From the IMG/VR virus record IMGVR_UViG_3300027714_000001, positions 32,001 through 96,000 of that record: a stretch of 64,000 nt of DNA. One strand, given 5' to 3'. The translations under genes and the position numbers were made by a program. Source of the stretch: a virus. This document shows positions 10,881 through 21,603 of the stretch, piece after piece. A model generated the notes under the pieces. It searched no databases and was not told the DNA's origin. It saw only the letters and a list, made by a program, of their open reading frames with translations. The stretch's first letter is position 1; each line of letters starts with the position of its first letter.

Positions 10881-10958
10881 GGAGTCGTAGCTAAAGTGGC
10901 ACAGCACCCGCTTCATATGCGGAAGAATATCCGATTTCGATTATCGGCGACTCTACCA
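10881..10958 (+). tRNA. tRNA-CAT (Met or Ile2)
   Basis: GGAGTCG/CGACTCT acceptor, CCGC-TT-CAT-AT-GCGG, CCA. Confidence 0.8.
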
Positions 10959-10973
10959 AACAAGGTAAGCCTC

Positions 10974-11336
10974 ATGAACATTTATTTAGATGATGAAAGA
11001 GTTCCCAAAACAGAAAAAGACTGGGTAATTATCAGAGACGCAAACTCTCTAATAAATTTAATTATACATTTAGGAACCTTACCAGATCATATATCTTTTG
11101 ACCATGATTTAGGGGAAAATGTAAAAACTGGGTACGATGTTGTTAAATCTATAGAGTATCATTTACTGTCTGATTTAATAAACTGGAATCCTAGATTTAC
11201 TTTTACAGTACACTCAGCTAACCCCGTAGGAGCAAAAAACATACAAAGTCATTTGGACAACTTAATTAACCACATGAACCATACACAGGGAAAAAGTAAT
11301 GGCGAAATTACTGTTAGTAAAGGACTACCTATTTGA
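10974..11336 (+). CDS. Cyclic-phosphate-processing receiver-like (cREC) domain protein
   Basis: MNIYLDDERVP...ISFDHDLG...TGYDV...VHSANPVGA signature; true start lies after the tRNA. Confidence 0.7.
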   Translation: MNIYLDDERVPKTEKDWVIIRDANSLINLIIHLGTLPDHISFDHDLGENVKTGYDVVKSIEYHLLSDLINWNPRFTFTVHSANPVGAKNIQSHLDNLINHMNHTQGKSNGEITVSKGLPI

Positions 11337-11604
11337 AATAGACAGTCATAAGATAACCATACCTTCAGGGTACACTTGGGACGGAGCAAATATACCACTA
11401 ATTTTTCAGCCTATTGTAGGTAAAAGATTCGCAGTCATAAATATGCTGCCTTCCCTAGTACACGATTACCTAATAGAAATTAATTGGGACGTAAAAGAAA
11501 GAGATTTAAAATTCTACTCAGTTTTATTAGAAACTGGTAGAAACAAAAAAATAGCCTATATGATGTATCTAGCTGTTTGCTTATATAGTTTTATTTACTT
11601 TTAA
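11299..11604 (+). CDS. DUF1353-like protein
   Basis: IPSGYTWDGANIP...SLVHDYL...D..F...L pattern. Confidence 0.65.
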   Translation: MAKLLLVKDYLFEIDSHKITIPSGYTWDGANIPLIFQPIVGKRFAVINMLPSLVHDYLIEINWDVKERDLKFYSVLLETGRNKKIAYMMYLAVCLYSFIYF

Positions 11605-11605
11605 A

Positions 11606-11694
11606 GGAAGATGTAGTCACCGTTGGGTGTGTCCCTGGTCTTGAAAACCAGTGAGTCCAAAAGGGCAGGGGTTCGACTCCTCCTTCTTCCGCCA
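11606..11694 (+). tRNA. tRNA-Ser(TGA)
   Basis: CTGGT-CT-TGA-AA-ACCAG, long variable arm, GCCA. Confidence 0.9.
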
Positions 11695-12312
11695 AATTAT
11701 TATACTCTTAGAGTAAAAAATAGCACCGGGGGAACTTTGTGTTATATACATTTCAAAGAAGAAATATCTACAATTAGAGGTTACAGCTACACAGCCTCTT
11801 ATAAAAACAGGGATAAGCCCATATTTTCTTGCACTATACATTATATCTCAGATACCGAGGTATATTTGGGGGGTGCTATTGGCGTATGGGGAACAAAAGT
11901 ATTTAGAAAGTTGGCCACGGGTCTATCCCTTAGAGGCATAAAGCTAATAAGGTATGAACGAAACAAAGAATTAAAAGAAATAAATATAACTCGTTACGAG
12001 TAAAAAGGAAAATAAAATGATTAGTGAAATTAATTTAAGTACACCTAAAACTACAGGAATAGTTGTGCCTACCTCAGCAGATTTCGTATTGCTACATACC
12101 TCAAAAACTAGAAGGTACTTAGAAGTAATAAATAACTCTGAGCAGGTAGTAGAGTTTGCCATAGGACAAAATTCACCTGCAAACGAAGACTATATAAAAG
12201 TAGGAGAGAATGGGCATTGGGCAGCAACACACACGGAATTCTTTTCTTCTATAACTAGTATTAAACTGTGGTTAAAAGCACCAGAAACTGCTAGTATCGT
12301 AATTATAAGCTA

Positions 12313-13359
12313 ATGGCTTATAGTTACTCTGGGCTACTTAAAAAAAGCTTTTCTTTCAATGAAATAAGTCTCCTATTTCCCCTGAGTTCAGAAGTTGTAA
12401 CTGATATTATTAAAAGGTTCTTTACGCCACTTCTAGGCTCAGGTGTGCAACATTATACCCATAACACCATTACTATGAGTGCAGATTTTGAAATAGAAAT
12501 AGATTATAAATTATATAATCTAACAACCGACAATGCATTAATCGGAGATACGGACGCACTCAGCGGGGATATTTGGAAAATTAACAAAGATAACAACAGT
12601 ATGCTTATAAGAATCGGAGGCACTACTTACACGACTACAGGCTCATACACGGAAGATTTAAAACTAAATACAGCTAAAATGACAAGAGTTGGCACCACAG
12701 TTAAGGTTTTCAGGAATGATGTAGAAATATACTCCGACACGATAGCCCTTGCTGATTTTACTATTGATATGGTTGGTACTAGACAGAATGGGGCTTATGA
12801 TTCATTTAGCGGGATACTTGCTAATTATAAAGTAACTAATATTGCATCTTTGGTTATGGACGCGCCACTTGACAAGCAGTACACAGCATCAGCGCCTACA
12901 GTTATAAATAAAGCCGATGCAAATAACAATCTGACAGCCGTTAACCTTGATAATGCTGGGTCTGAGTTTACTGCTAGTGATACGTATGGGTGGTTAGGTG
13001 AGAATAATGTCGGAGCACCAACTCGTATTTCCGATGACTGGACTAATAATGGAGATGGGAGTTACACGATAGATACACCTGACGGAAATTATGGCGACTG
13101 TGAACTTCAATTTGGAGTTAGCGAGGTGGGTTTCACGTATTTTGTTGAAATAACTATGAATGAGCCAACTGGAAATTCTAACCTTAGAATGAGGAGCTCC
13201 TACCCAAATATTGATTTTACTACAGCGGGTGATTATTCAAAGTTGGTAACAGCTCTCTCTTCTGCATGTCCAAAATTTAATAGGCGTGGAGGCGCTCATG
13301 CTTTTGCTCAAACTCTTTCTAATCTATCTAACAGACAGGTATTGGAGGTTGCATCGTAA
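12313..13359 (+). CDS. Beta-rich protein with a probable ConA/LamG-like domain
   Basis: Thr/Asn/Gly-rich, 'TRVGTTVKVFRND...VGTRQNG..SFSGILANYKV' pattern; middle of a 3-gene cassette (12017-13805). Confidence 0.45.
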   Translation: MAYSYSGLLKKSFSFNEISLLFPLSSEVVTDIIKRFFTPLLGSGVQHYTHNTITMSADFEIEIDYKLYNLTTDNALIGDTDALSGDIWKINKDNNSMLIRIGGTTYTTTGSYTEDLKLNTAKMTRVGTTVKVFRNDVEIYSDTIALADFTIDMVGTRQNGAYDSFSGILANYKVTNIASLVMDAPLDKQYTASAPTVINKADANNNLTAVNLDNAGSEFTASDTYGWLGENNVGAPTRISDDWTNNGDGSYTIDTPDGNYGDCELQFGVSEVGFTYFVEITMNEPTGNSNLRMRSSYPNIDFTTAGDYSKLVTALSSACPKFNRRGGAHAFAQTLSNLSNRQVLEVAS

Positions 13360-13962
13360 TGAAAAAATGGAGCATGATAAGCGAACAGACAGAATTAACA
13401 AATCCCGCACTAAAATGGTTTAAACAGTGGGCGTCTATGATTGGCGTATCCCATGACACAGTAAACCGTATACATTGCCATTGCCCACCCGAGGATTTAT
13501 TAGTTGGAGTCGAAGAAGTGTTAATTTTTAACTCTGAACTTGCTGAAACTGATAGACCAGCAGCACTACTCCAATCAATAATACAAGCCGCTAAGTTTAT
13601 GCTTTCAAACTCTGCCAATATTTTAACGGGTGATGCTTGGCTATTCGATGAAATGTATAAAACAAATTACCATAGAATTTGGTGTGAGAGGCACAATACA
13701 ACGGAGTCTTTTGAGGCTGACTATCTAGCCGTATTTGGACAAGCAGCAGGGACAACAACACAAGAACAAGCAAGCAGATTAATTAAACAGTACTTCGGAG
13801 GTTAGATGAGTTTAAATGATACAGAAGTTCAATTCCTTGTGAATGACTTAGGGGTTCCCCAAGGAAATACTGTATTATATTAGTTAATTTAAAAAACTTG
13901 TTGCGTAGTAGCTTATTGTTTGCTATAATATGTTTCTGGAATTGAGAAAAGGCAATTATATT

Positions 13963-14370
13963 ATGACTTCACAAGAACTACAAGATTATCTAACTGAGGA
14001 TGCAGCCGTGGGCGAACGATTTTATAGACAACAAGCAGAACGTGGTCGCAAAGGCTTACCTACAGGCTCAAGCACTTGTAGCGACCCTTATGCTACTTTT
14101 CCGAAAGGCGAAGGCAAAAAAACTGTTGCAAAAGCACCACGTAAATTAAAAGCAGATTATGTGTCAGAAATTGGCGTAGCTGGTATTGACAAGCTTACTT
14201 TAGTAGACTTGCAAGTGCTTGCTGCTCTAGTCACTGACATTAAACTTGTTATGCCTACTGGCAGACTCAAGTCGCCTTACATCGACCAGTGCAGTTTGCT
14301 ATGTCCCGAAGTTAAGTTCGACAAGCTTACTATTGCTACTCTCAAGTTACTTATAGGTAAGTATTCATGA
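13963..14370 (+). CDS. Hypothetical protein, paralog of 31522..31863
   Basis: Shared LT..D...L...P..R.K.PY......KL....LK.LI pattern. Confidence 0.5.
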   Translation: MTSQELQDYLTEDAAVGERFYRQQAERGRKGLPTGSSTCSDPYATFPKGEGKKTVAKAPRKLKADYVSEIGVAGIDKLTLVDLQVLAALVTDIKLVMPTGRLKSPYIDQCSLLCPEVKFDKLTIATLKLLIGKYS

Positions 14371-14553
14371 GAGTAATAGTTATAGCAAGTGTATCTCCAA
14401 CTAGCCTAGAGTATGACATAAACTATGCTTTGAGTGATGTTAAAAATTCGGAAGTAGTTTCAGATATAAAGTACGTAAATACTAGTGGTTCTTACAGTCA
14501 GTACGTAACAGCTATAATACACGTAGAACCAAAAGCAGAAACAATTTAATTAA

Positions 14554-14631
14554 GTCCCCATAGCTCAGTCTGTGTAGAGCGTTCGACTCATAATCGAAGG
14601 GTCACTGGTTCGAATCCAGTTGGGGACACCA
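14554..14631 (+). tRNA. tRNA-CAT (probably Ile2)
   Basis: GTCCCCA/TGGGGAC acceptor, TCGA-CT-CAT-AA-TCGA, ACCA. Confidence 0.9.
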
Positions 14632-14892
14632 AATTCTTAAAAAACTTATTGACAAGAATATTAAATCTTGCTATAATAGTTATCTGGAATCGAGAAAGGA
14701 AACGAAAAATAACCGAGTCACTATAAGTGATCCCGATTTATTGCCGTAGGATAGGTAGTACGTAACCGAAGCAATACGACCCTGGAGTGTCAAGCTACAA
14801 ACACTGGGCGTTATACCTGAAAAAACAAACCAAGAGCATGGCCGTATCAGTTCGAAACAACTGGGTCTTCGTGAAAGCCGAAGCAATTTAAT

Positions 14893-14965
14893 AAAAGACT
14901 TTGAAGATAGATTGCTTCTATCCTAAAATACTTGTACAGACAGGCATATCTACTCAAAGTCTTTT
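14893..14965 (+). ncRNA. Stem-closed small RNA candidate
   Basis: AAAAGACTTTGA...TCAAAGTCTTTT 12-bp helix enclosing two hairpins. Confidence 0.55.
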
Positions 14966-14973
14966 CTTAAATT

Positions 14974-15049
14974 GGGGACATAGTGAAACTGGAGATCACA
15001 CGATTCTTCTAAATTCGTATTCGGGGTTCGAGTCCTCGTGTCCCTACCA
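14974..15049 (+). tRNA. tRNA-Arg(TCT)
   Basis: GGGGACA/TGTCCCT acceptor, CT-TCT-AA loop, ACCA. Confidence 0.85.
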
Positions 15050-15050
15050 A

Positions 15051-15141
15051 GCATGTGTAGACCAGTAAGGATCTGGGGCGGCCTGTAAAGTCGTCGTTGC
15101 CGAGAGGAGCCGTGTAGGATCGTTACCTACCACATGTACCA
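15051..15141 (+). tRNA. tRNA-Tyr(GTA)
   Basis: GCATGTG/CACATGT acceptor, CT-GTA-AA loop, long variable arm. Confidence 0.85.
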
Positions 15142-15321
15142 CATTACTACTAGTATCGGAGAATGCTATGAGAGACAAAAATAGTTGGATTGAAGGCACA
15201 GATGTTTAATAGTGAAACTCAGGGATTTATTAAAGTAGGAGTGTGGGATGGTGAATACCATAGAATCTCACAAGACGACTGGCCAGGTGTTTAATTCAAA
15301 GGAACTAGTATAACAAATTTA

Positions 15322-15398
15322 GGGTGAGAAGCTTAAGTGGCATAAGCGACTGGCTGTTAACCAGAAGATAGAAGGTTCGAGTCCTTCCTCTCCCGCCA
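15322..15398 (+). tRNA. tRNA-Asn(GTT)
   Basis: CTGG-CT-GTT-AA-CCAG, GCCA. Confidence 0.9.
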
Positions 15399-15404
15399 CA
15401 TTAT

Positions 15405-15479
15405 AAGGACGAGCATAAGGTATGCGTCGGGTCTCCAAAATCTTGAAAAGACAGAGTTCGATTCTCTGCGTCTTTGCCA
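15405..15479 (+). tRNA. tRNA-Trp(CCA)
   Basis: AAGGACG/CGTCTTT acceptor, CT-CCA-AA loop, GCCA. Confidence 0.8.
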
Positions 15480-15517
15480 AATCCTCTACCTTAGGATAGC
15501 ACATTAGATTGTGTACT

Positions 15518-15540
15518 AGCCCACTTCGGTGGGCTTTTTA
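15518..15540 (+). terminator. Rho-independent terminator
   Basis: AGCCCAC-TTCG-GTGGGCT followed by a T run. Confidence 0.9.
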
Positions 15541-15676
15541 TCCTTCTAAAATAACTTATAAATGTTCTTGCTTAAACGCTAATTGTTTGCTATAATATGT
15601 TTCTGGAATCAAGAAAGGCTTTAGAAAATTTTGAACTTTATAAATGTTAACTCTCTCATCTTAGGAAAATAAATTA

Positions 15677-15997
15677 ATGAAGAAAATATTATTAGCAGTA
15701 ACATTAGCCACGATGTTAGTATCGTGTGCAGACAACAAAGTATTACCCCATTATGGAGAAGTAAAAACTTATGGACTAGTTGATGCAAGTGCAGTAAAAC
15801 TTCCTTGTGTTAATTATGAAGTAGCTATTGGAAACGTAATCTGGTCAGCTATTTTTGCCCCGACAGTAGCAGTCCCTATATACATGGTAGGCTTTAGTAT
15901 TATGGAACCGACAAGTGTTGACGAGCTTTGTATGATAAAGACATTTGATGAAACCGAAGTCGGCAACTTGTTTAGAGAATACGAAAAAACTTTGTAA
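15677..15997 (+). CDS. Lipoprotein
   Basis: MKK + hydrophobic stretch + LVSC lipobox. Confidence 0.65.
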   Translation: MKKILLAVTLATMLVSCADNKVLPHYGEVKTYGLVDASAVKLPCVNYEVAIGNVIWSAIFAPTVAVPIYMVGFSIMEPTSVDELCMIKTFDETEVGNLFREYEKTL

Positions 15998-16516
15998 AAC
16001 TTCTTGACTAATAGCCAATAACTCGGTATAATAGTTCTAGAAATTGAGAATAAAGGCTAAAGCAATTTAGTCTAGCCATACGCTTGAGGCTTAAGATAGC
16101 GGGGTCACTTTCAAGACCTATACTATGAAACAGATTCTATAGTCTGTAAAACTCTGGGGTCTAGTAGTTATGTGTCTCCTTAACAATACTACCGATTCAG
16201 TCACACTTCGTATTCAGGGTGATAGTTGGCTACTTAATGCTAGACGCGGGTACTTAGTCTATAAAATATAGTATCAGGGGATTAACTGGCCACTTTACTT
16301 AGCAGTTCGGGAGATCGTCACAGGAATAATGAGCCTGTAAATAAGTGGTGCAAGAGCGTAGAAGTTATAATAACGTGTCCACTCTAATCAACAACTTAGA
16401 AAATAACTTAAAAAACAACTTGCATAACGACTTAAAAATCGGTATAATAGTTTTAGAAATTGAGAAAAGAGAGAAAAACTTCTCCTTGAAAAAGCGGTAC
16501 TTCACATCTTTTCTCA

Positions 16517-16629
16517 AATTTCTAATGTAAGAATCACTGGTAGACAATTCTGCCGTTGACTATGCTTCTTCAGGGGGTGTCTTCTCTAGTAACAACTTAG
16601 GTTGGAGAGTGATTCTTACATTAGAAATT
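16517..16629 (+). ncRNA. Stem-closed small RNA candidate
   Basis: Perfect 22-bp terminal inverted repeat AATTTCTAATGTAAGAATCACT, downstream of a promoter, no credible ORF. Confidence 0.65.
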
Positions 16630-17237
16630 AAAATAACGCAGCAGACCTCTTGTAGGATTGATGAAGCGGAAATAAATTTTTAAAAGACTTGCATAACGGC
16701 TTCAAATCCGGTATAATAGTTTTAGAAATTGAGAAAAGAAAAAGAAACGAGTAGCGTGCGAAAGTGATGTTTTTTCTTTTCTGAAAGTTAGGGTAACGCT
16801 CGTGCACTGAGTGAAGGTTCAACTCCTTCTAGTAAATTTCTATTATGCAGGGTACAGTAACCTGACGATGAAAAATACTGAAACCTTTTAATATCCTAGT
16901 AATAAAGTAAAAAGATTCTAGGTAATCCTTCTGGCGATTCAAGTCTTAGATAGGCGGTGAGAAGTGTATTATACAGATGCGTCCGCGACCAACCAACTAA
17001 CACAAAGAATGATACGTAGCCATTACGTTAGACTGCAAACCGTTAAGGGCAGGCCAAGCTCCTAAGAAAACAATCTTGGAAGGCTTATACATATATTGCT
17101 TAGCACTTTGCTCCCTAAGTCTAGTGTGGAATCTATACAGAGGCAAATGCCTCTTTCAGGTCGAAATACCTAGACACACGAAATTGCTAGTCAGCGCAAT
17201 TAAAGATTAACTGATATACAAAGGTGTGACTCCTTTG

Positions 17238-17318
17238 TCCTTATTAAAGCGTATCTTGAAAGAGGAATAAGAACCTTACGCTGTGATAGCATCCTGCGGT
17301 AGTACGCTTTAATAAGGA
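17238..17318 (+). ncRNA. Stem-closed small RNA candidate
   Basis: Perfect 16-bp helix TCCTTATTAAAGCGTA/TACGCTTTAATAAGGA. Confidence 0.6.
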
Positions 17319-17416
17319 AAGTTGTTCAACGGCAGCTCAAAGCGGCATAAAAGATTAATGCAAGGTAAATATTGTTTTCCTTGCGCTTTCCTTAACTACT
17401 CAACAAAGGAACAAAA

Positions 17417-17770
17417 ATGGAATACACAATAAAGTGTGATACGCTAGACGTAAAAATGGTAGTTAAAGTTTTAAATAAGGAAAAGTTTGAAGCAGCCATG
17501 ACAAAGACAAATAAGTTTTGGAGTGGAAGCGAAGGAAGAGCTCTGTGTTACGGGGGACATGTACTGGCAGGACTTAAAATGTTTGCTCAAGAATGTCTTC
17601 AGCAAATCGCCTTTAATAACTTTCTTAATGGAGATTACTTAGAATATAAGTTTGATTGGAGCAAAGAAAACCAAGGTATTGAAGGCTTTTATAATTTCGC
17701 TACAGCAGGACTGAAAGTACTGGAAATTAATTCTTGGTTTGTCTGTACTGATGAAATAGAAATAAAGTAA
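17417..17770 (+). CDS. DUF2528-like phage protein
   Basis: N.FWSG...R......G..LAGLKMFA...FDW...EGF pattern; good SD. Confidence 0.45.
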   Translation: MEYTIKCDTLDVKMVVKVLNKEKFEAAMTKTNKFWSGSEGRALCYGGHVLAGLKMFAQECLQQIAFNNFLNGDYLEYKFDWSKENQGIEGFYNFATAGLKVLEINSWFVCTDEIEIK

Positions 17771-17813
17771 AAAACTTCTTGACTAAATACTAGAATCCCC
17801 GTATAATAGATTC

Positions 17814-17959
17814 TAGAAAGTTAAGAAAAGAGATTAATACGAAGCAAGATTTACTCACTTGTTTTTATAAAGGGCGGTTTTATAGTATTGTAAACGTCTA
17901 AAGGAAGAAAGGGTACAGAGTTCTTCACTATAGTTTTAATTTCTTTTCTTAATTTTCTA
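17814..17959 (+). ncRNA. Stem-closed small RNA starting at a promoter +1
   Basis: 24-bp helix with two G-U pairs: TAGAAAGTTAAGAAAAGAGATTAA / TTAATTTCTTTTCTTAATTTTCTA. Confidence 0.65.
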
Positions 17960-17989
17960 TGCACACTAGCTTCGGCCACATAGTGTAAG

Positions 17990-18960
17990 AAAGTTAAAAC
18001 CCTTTCTGTCCAATAATCAACGTAAGTCCTGACCCAGGCATTGTAGGGAGAGAGGTGCAATTCCTACCATATCCACGAGTAACGGTCAGTTTACTGAACT
18101 AACTCTAGGGATAAGGTAGATTAAAGCAGGGCGGTTTAGCGTCCTTAAAATAACCCACTGAAAGGTGGAAAAGGTAACTTGTCAGGTTGCCGCTGTGTAG
18201 GCTCCGGTTTACAATAGTTTATCTAGACAAGCACAAGTTTCATTCCGTAAGAATGTCTTTGAGTCTAAAATCAGAGATAGCATTAAAAGGAACGAGCGTA
18301 GGTACTCCCGACAGGCGAGTATAGCGGCTAATAACCAAAAAGCCAAAATTAGACATGGGGACATATTTAAACCTGCAATCCACTCTAGTACGAAATATGC
18401 AAAAACTAATGTGTAGTTGTTTCAGTCCGAGTAGTCATATAAGGGCAGGCAGCAGTAACAAAGAATTGTTTGTAAATAGACAATCCTTAAAATACGGTGG
18501 AGTAGCGGGAACGCGAAAGACAATGTGGTGTGGAATATTTTGTAAGTCAAAAGCTTACGAACTCCTGACGGAACACATCGCAGACAACTAAATAACGCTA
18601 TTGGTTAGCATTTGACTCTTAATCAAACTATCGGGTTCAATTCCCCATTAATCAAAAGTTTCCGTCGGTACGTTATCGAAAGATTGCTAATCCCTGACAA
18701 TAATGAATCAGGGCATATAAAGGTCGAAAGCCTGCATATGTTTACAACGTAGATAAATTTAGTCTCTTAGCGGAGAGTAACAGCCCTAAAGGTTGGAAGG
18801 AATCGAAATGTAGAGTAGATACGTATGACAGTCTTATATGCTTACAAGACTTTAAAGACAAGCGCAATCGGTGGGATACTAGGGAGACCTAGTGGATACG
18901 CAGCTAACTCATATGGCTCGCAAAAGACCTGCTACTAGAAGCCTTAATCTCAGGCTGATA
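17990..18960 (+). ncRNA. Probable GOLLD-like giant structured ncRNA (boundaries approximate)
   Basis: About 1 kb with no credible ORF inside a phage tRNA cluster, many hairpins, 3' end ...GGCTCGCAAAAGACC...TAATCTCAGGC reminiscent of GOLLD (from memory), embedded tRNA-like module. Confidence 0.6.
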
Positions 18961-19084
18961 TAAATTAACTCTTTAGAGAGTATTTATGGGGACACTTTAG
19001 CTTTACCTAAACGCGAATAAGGTATAAATTATAGTAAAGAAGTTGAAGACTAATGCATTAGTTGGATGGACTAAAATATTATAA

Positions 19085-19318
19085 TTGCTAGAGTCCCACC
19101 ATAAGTATTTTAAGAGCAAAAAAAAATTGTCAGCTACCCCTAGTTGGTCTGAGAGTACTGCAATAGGAGAGTTTTACTTTAATTGTCCTATAGGTTATCA
19201 TGTAGATCATATAGTGCATTTACAAGGGCTGATAGTTTGTGGCTTGCATGTGTTAGATAACTTACAGTATCTAACAGAAGAAGAAAATTTAACAAAAAGT
19301 AACGCCTTTATCGTATAG
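19085..19318 (+). pseudogene. Truncated HNH endonuclease
   Basis: YHVDHIVHLQG..VCGLHV..NLQYLT.EEN..KSN; N-terminus missing. Confidence 0.75.
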
Positions 19319-19381
19319 TCCGGTCAATTACGCTGGTTTTGTAATCCAGTTACGTAGGTTCGAATCCTGCTAGAGGCACCA
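19304..19381 (+). tRNA. tRNA-Thr(TGT)
   Basis: GCCTTTA/TAGAGGC acceptor, TT-TGT-AA loop, ACCA. Confidence 0.85.
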
Positions 19382-19387
19382 AATTAC

Positions 19388-19681
19388 ATTTGACGTAATG
19401 AAACACTAAGTTCTTGCTAAAATACTAGTGTTCCACCGTAACAAGTAGTCTCCTCAACAGGATGAAAGCGACAACGGAACTAAGCAAACAAATACATATA
19501 AGGTTCGATCCCTTTTCTCTGGTGAGTATATGTATGAACAATAGAATTACTGTTCATCTTACATGTAGAATGGTTCATAGCCAGCTATTTTGTACAATGA
19601 ATAACATACCGTAGAGCAAGTCGCACTTGCTAAATATCTAAAGATATGATTTAACAGGTTTCTTTAGACATTACCTCAAAT
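19388..19681 (+). ncRNA. ~295-nt stem-closed structured RNA candidate
   Basis: ATTTGACGTAATG/CATTACCTCAAAT terminal helix, internal T-loop-like AAGGTTCGATCCCTT, no ORF. Confidence 0.5.
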
Positions 19682-19701
19682 TTAATTTAACAGGAAAGAC
19701 A

Positions 19702-20019
19702 ATGAAGAAAATAGCAATAACAGCCCTTACATTAGGAATGTTAGCTTGTAGTTCTTCGAAGTCTACATTAATTAACGAAGATCATACAAGACTAAACATG
19801 GAAATAAAAGTTCATGTTTTTAAAAACAAGAAGCTATTAAATAGCGCACTAAAAAAAGAGTTTCCTCGCGAAATAAGAACTGTAGAAGGTTTTGCAGTAT
19901 GGTATAACACAGTAGAAGATTACTGCGAAATATATGTTACTAAACCAGACTCTAAGTTTGACATTAACACTTGGGGACATGAGCTAGCACATTGTGTGTA
20001 TGGCAGTTGGCACGACTAA
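19702..20019 (+). CDS. Lipoprotein with HExxH motif
   Basis: MLAC lipobox; GHELAHC. Confidence 0.6.
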   Translation: MKKIAITALTLGMLACSSSKSTLINEDHTRLNMEIKVHVFKNKKLLNSALKKEFPREIRTVEGFAVWYNTVEDYCEIYVTKPDSKFDINTWGHELAHCVYGSWHD

Positions 20020-20251
20020 ACAGAGAAAAAACAAATGGTATTTACAATTTTATTAGTATTAGCAGTCTTTGCTGGAGCATCGTTCCACAAAGAAATCACA
20101 GTAGCAAAACACGTAGTCATAGGGCTAGTAAAAGGTGTCGTACAAAAGTAATGATTGAAGGAGTTGCATTAATAGCAGTAGTATTCTTAGGACTTTATAT
20201 AGGTGATGTAGAAAATTATTTACGTGCCTTAGTAAAGAGGAAATAAACAGC

Positions 20252-20330
20252 GCGGCGGTATGCTAATCTCGGTAACGCAATGAGACTTAAAATCTTATGA
20301 TTGAGGGTTCGACCCCCTCTCGCCGTACCA
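20252..20330 (+). tRNA. tRNA-Leu(TAA), short variable loop
   Basis: TGAGA-CT-TAA-AA-TCTTA, T arm, ACCA. Confidence 0.8.
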
Positions 20331-20725
20331 AATTAAGGAGCAGTAATGCTTAGACGTAAAGAAGTAATTGTAGTTCCAGAAGGTGAATTAAAAGAAAAGC
20401 TCTTAGCTCTTATAGCCGAGGATCAAAAAGCTCCGACAGTTTTGACAGCCAGAAAGTTGTGGCGATATTTAAGAAAAGAAATATGTTCTAAAGAATCAAT
20501 ACACTATCGCTACCATAACAGAACAGAGTTACTAGAGATATGTGAAGGTTCTTCTAAAGACTTCTGGATGAAGTATACTTGGAATGTGTGAGAAATGTCT
20601 TTATGTATCTTGGATAAGAGGATATAAACTAAAACAGATTAGAGAACATTTCCCTAATCAAACTAGTATGTTATCAGATAGAGATATTCAAGACTCATTT
20701 AAAGTAATGATAACTAAAAAACTAT

Positions 20726-20808
20726 GCGTGGGTGGCTAATACAAATTGGCACAGTTACTGGGTTTAGAACCCAGGCCTTTGAGGGTTCGAGTCCCTCTCC
20801 GCGTACCA
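20726..20808 (+). tRNA. tRNA-Leu(TAG), short variable loop
   Basis: CTGGG-TT-TAG-AA-CCCAG, ACCA. Confidence 0.85.
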
Positions 20809-20813
20809 AATAT

Positions 20814-20888
20814 AGTCGATTAGCTCAAAGGCAGAGCAGTGGTGTTACATACCAAAGGTTGGGATCTCGGAACTCCCATCGACTACCA
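20814..20888 (+). tRNA. tRNA-Val(TAC)
   Basis: AGTCGAT/ATCGACT acceptor, GT-TAC-AT loop, atypical T loop. Confidence 0.8.
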
Positions 20889-21603
20889 AGTATTTATTCA
20901 CATCAAGTTGACAAATGTGAATAAATATTTTAACTAAAGGAGAGTACACATGAAATTAGAAACATTTAATATTTTAATGTTCTTAGTAGAAAAAGTAGAA
21001 TCGGTAGTGTCAGACATTTCTGTAGCTACAGGTGGCATGTCATTCCAAGAATGGAAAGACGCAGGAGAGCCTAGCTTTAATAGCTCTAAAACCGAGGAAG
21101 ATTAATGGCCACTGAAGCAAAAGTTACCACAGACTATTACTTATGGCCCGATGGAGACTCGTTCCCCTGTGAAGAAGGTGAGCTGTCTTGGAAGTCTGAC
21201 GATTATGTCATAGTAGAGATACCTTCTTCTTACGAAGGATGCCATGAAGACTACCTAGAAGGTATGCACATGGAAATCAACTTAGGTCAAATGTGCGAGC
21301 GCAAGACTATTGTATAAGAAATTAAAGAAAGCGAATAACAAACATTGGAAATATTTGTTTGGGCTGCTTAGCGGTAAACATGATGTAGTTATAAAAAGCA
21401 CATGGGAATCAAAAGCTACAGGCAAAGAAGAATACGACTTTGGAAAAGGTTGGAATAGATACTACAGCTTTAATATATTGCTGCCTGATTTAAATGACCT
21501 AATATTTGACGACACTATTTTAGGTGAAGAAATAACAGGGTTTGACGTAGACCCTGTACAAAAGTTTGATGAAGTAGATCGTTTATCAAACAAGTAAAAG
21601 CAT

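Noticed and set aside
16861-16890. Hammerhead ribozyme (CTGACGA...GAAA)
   Set aside because: No stem II or stem III pairing could be built around the core.
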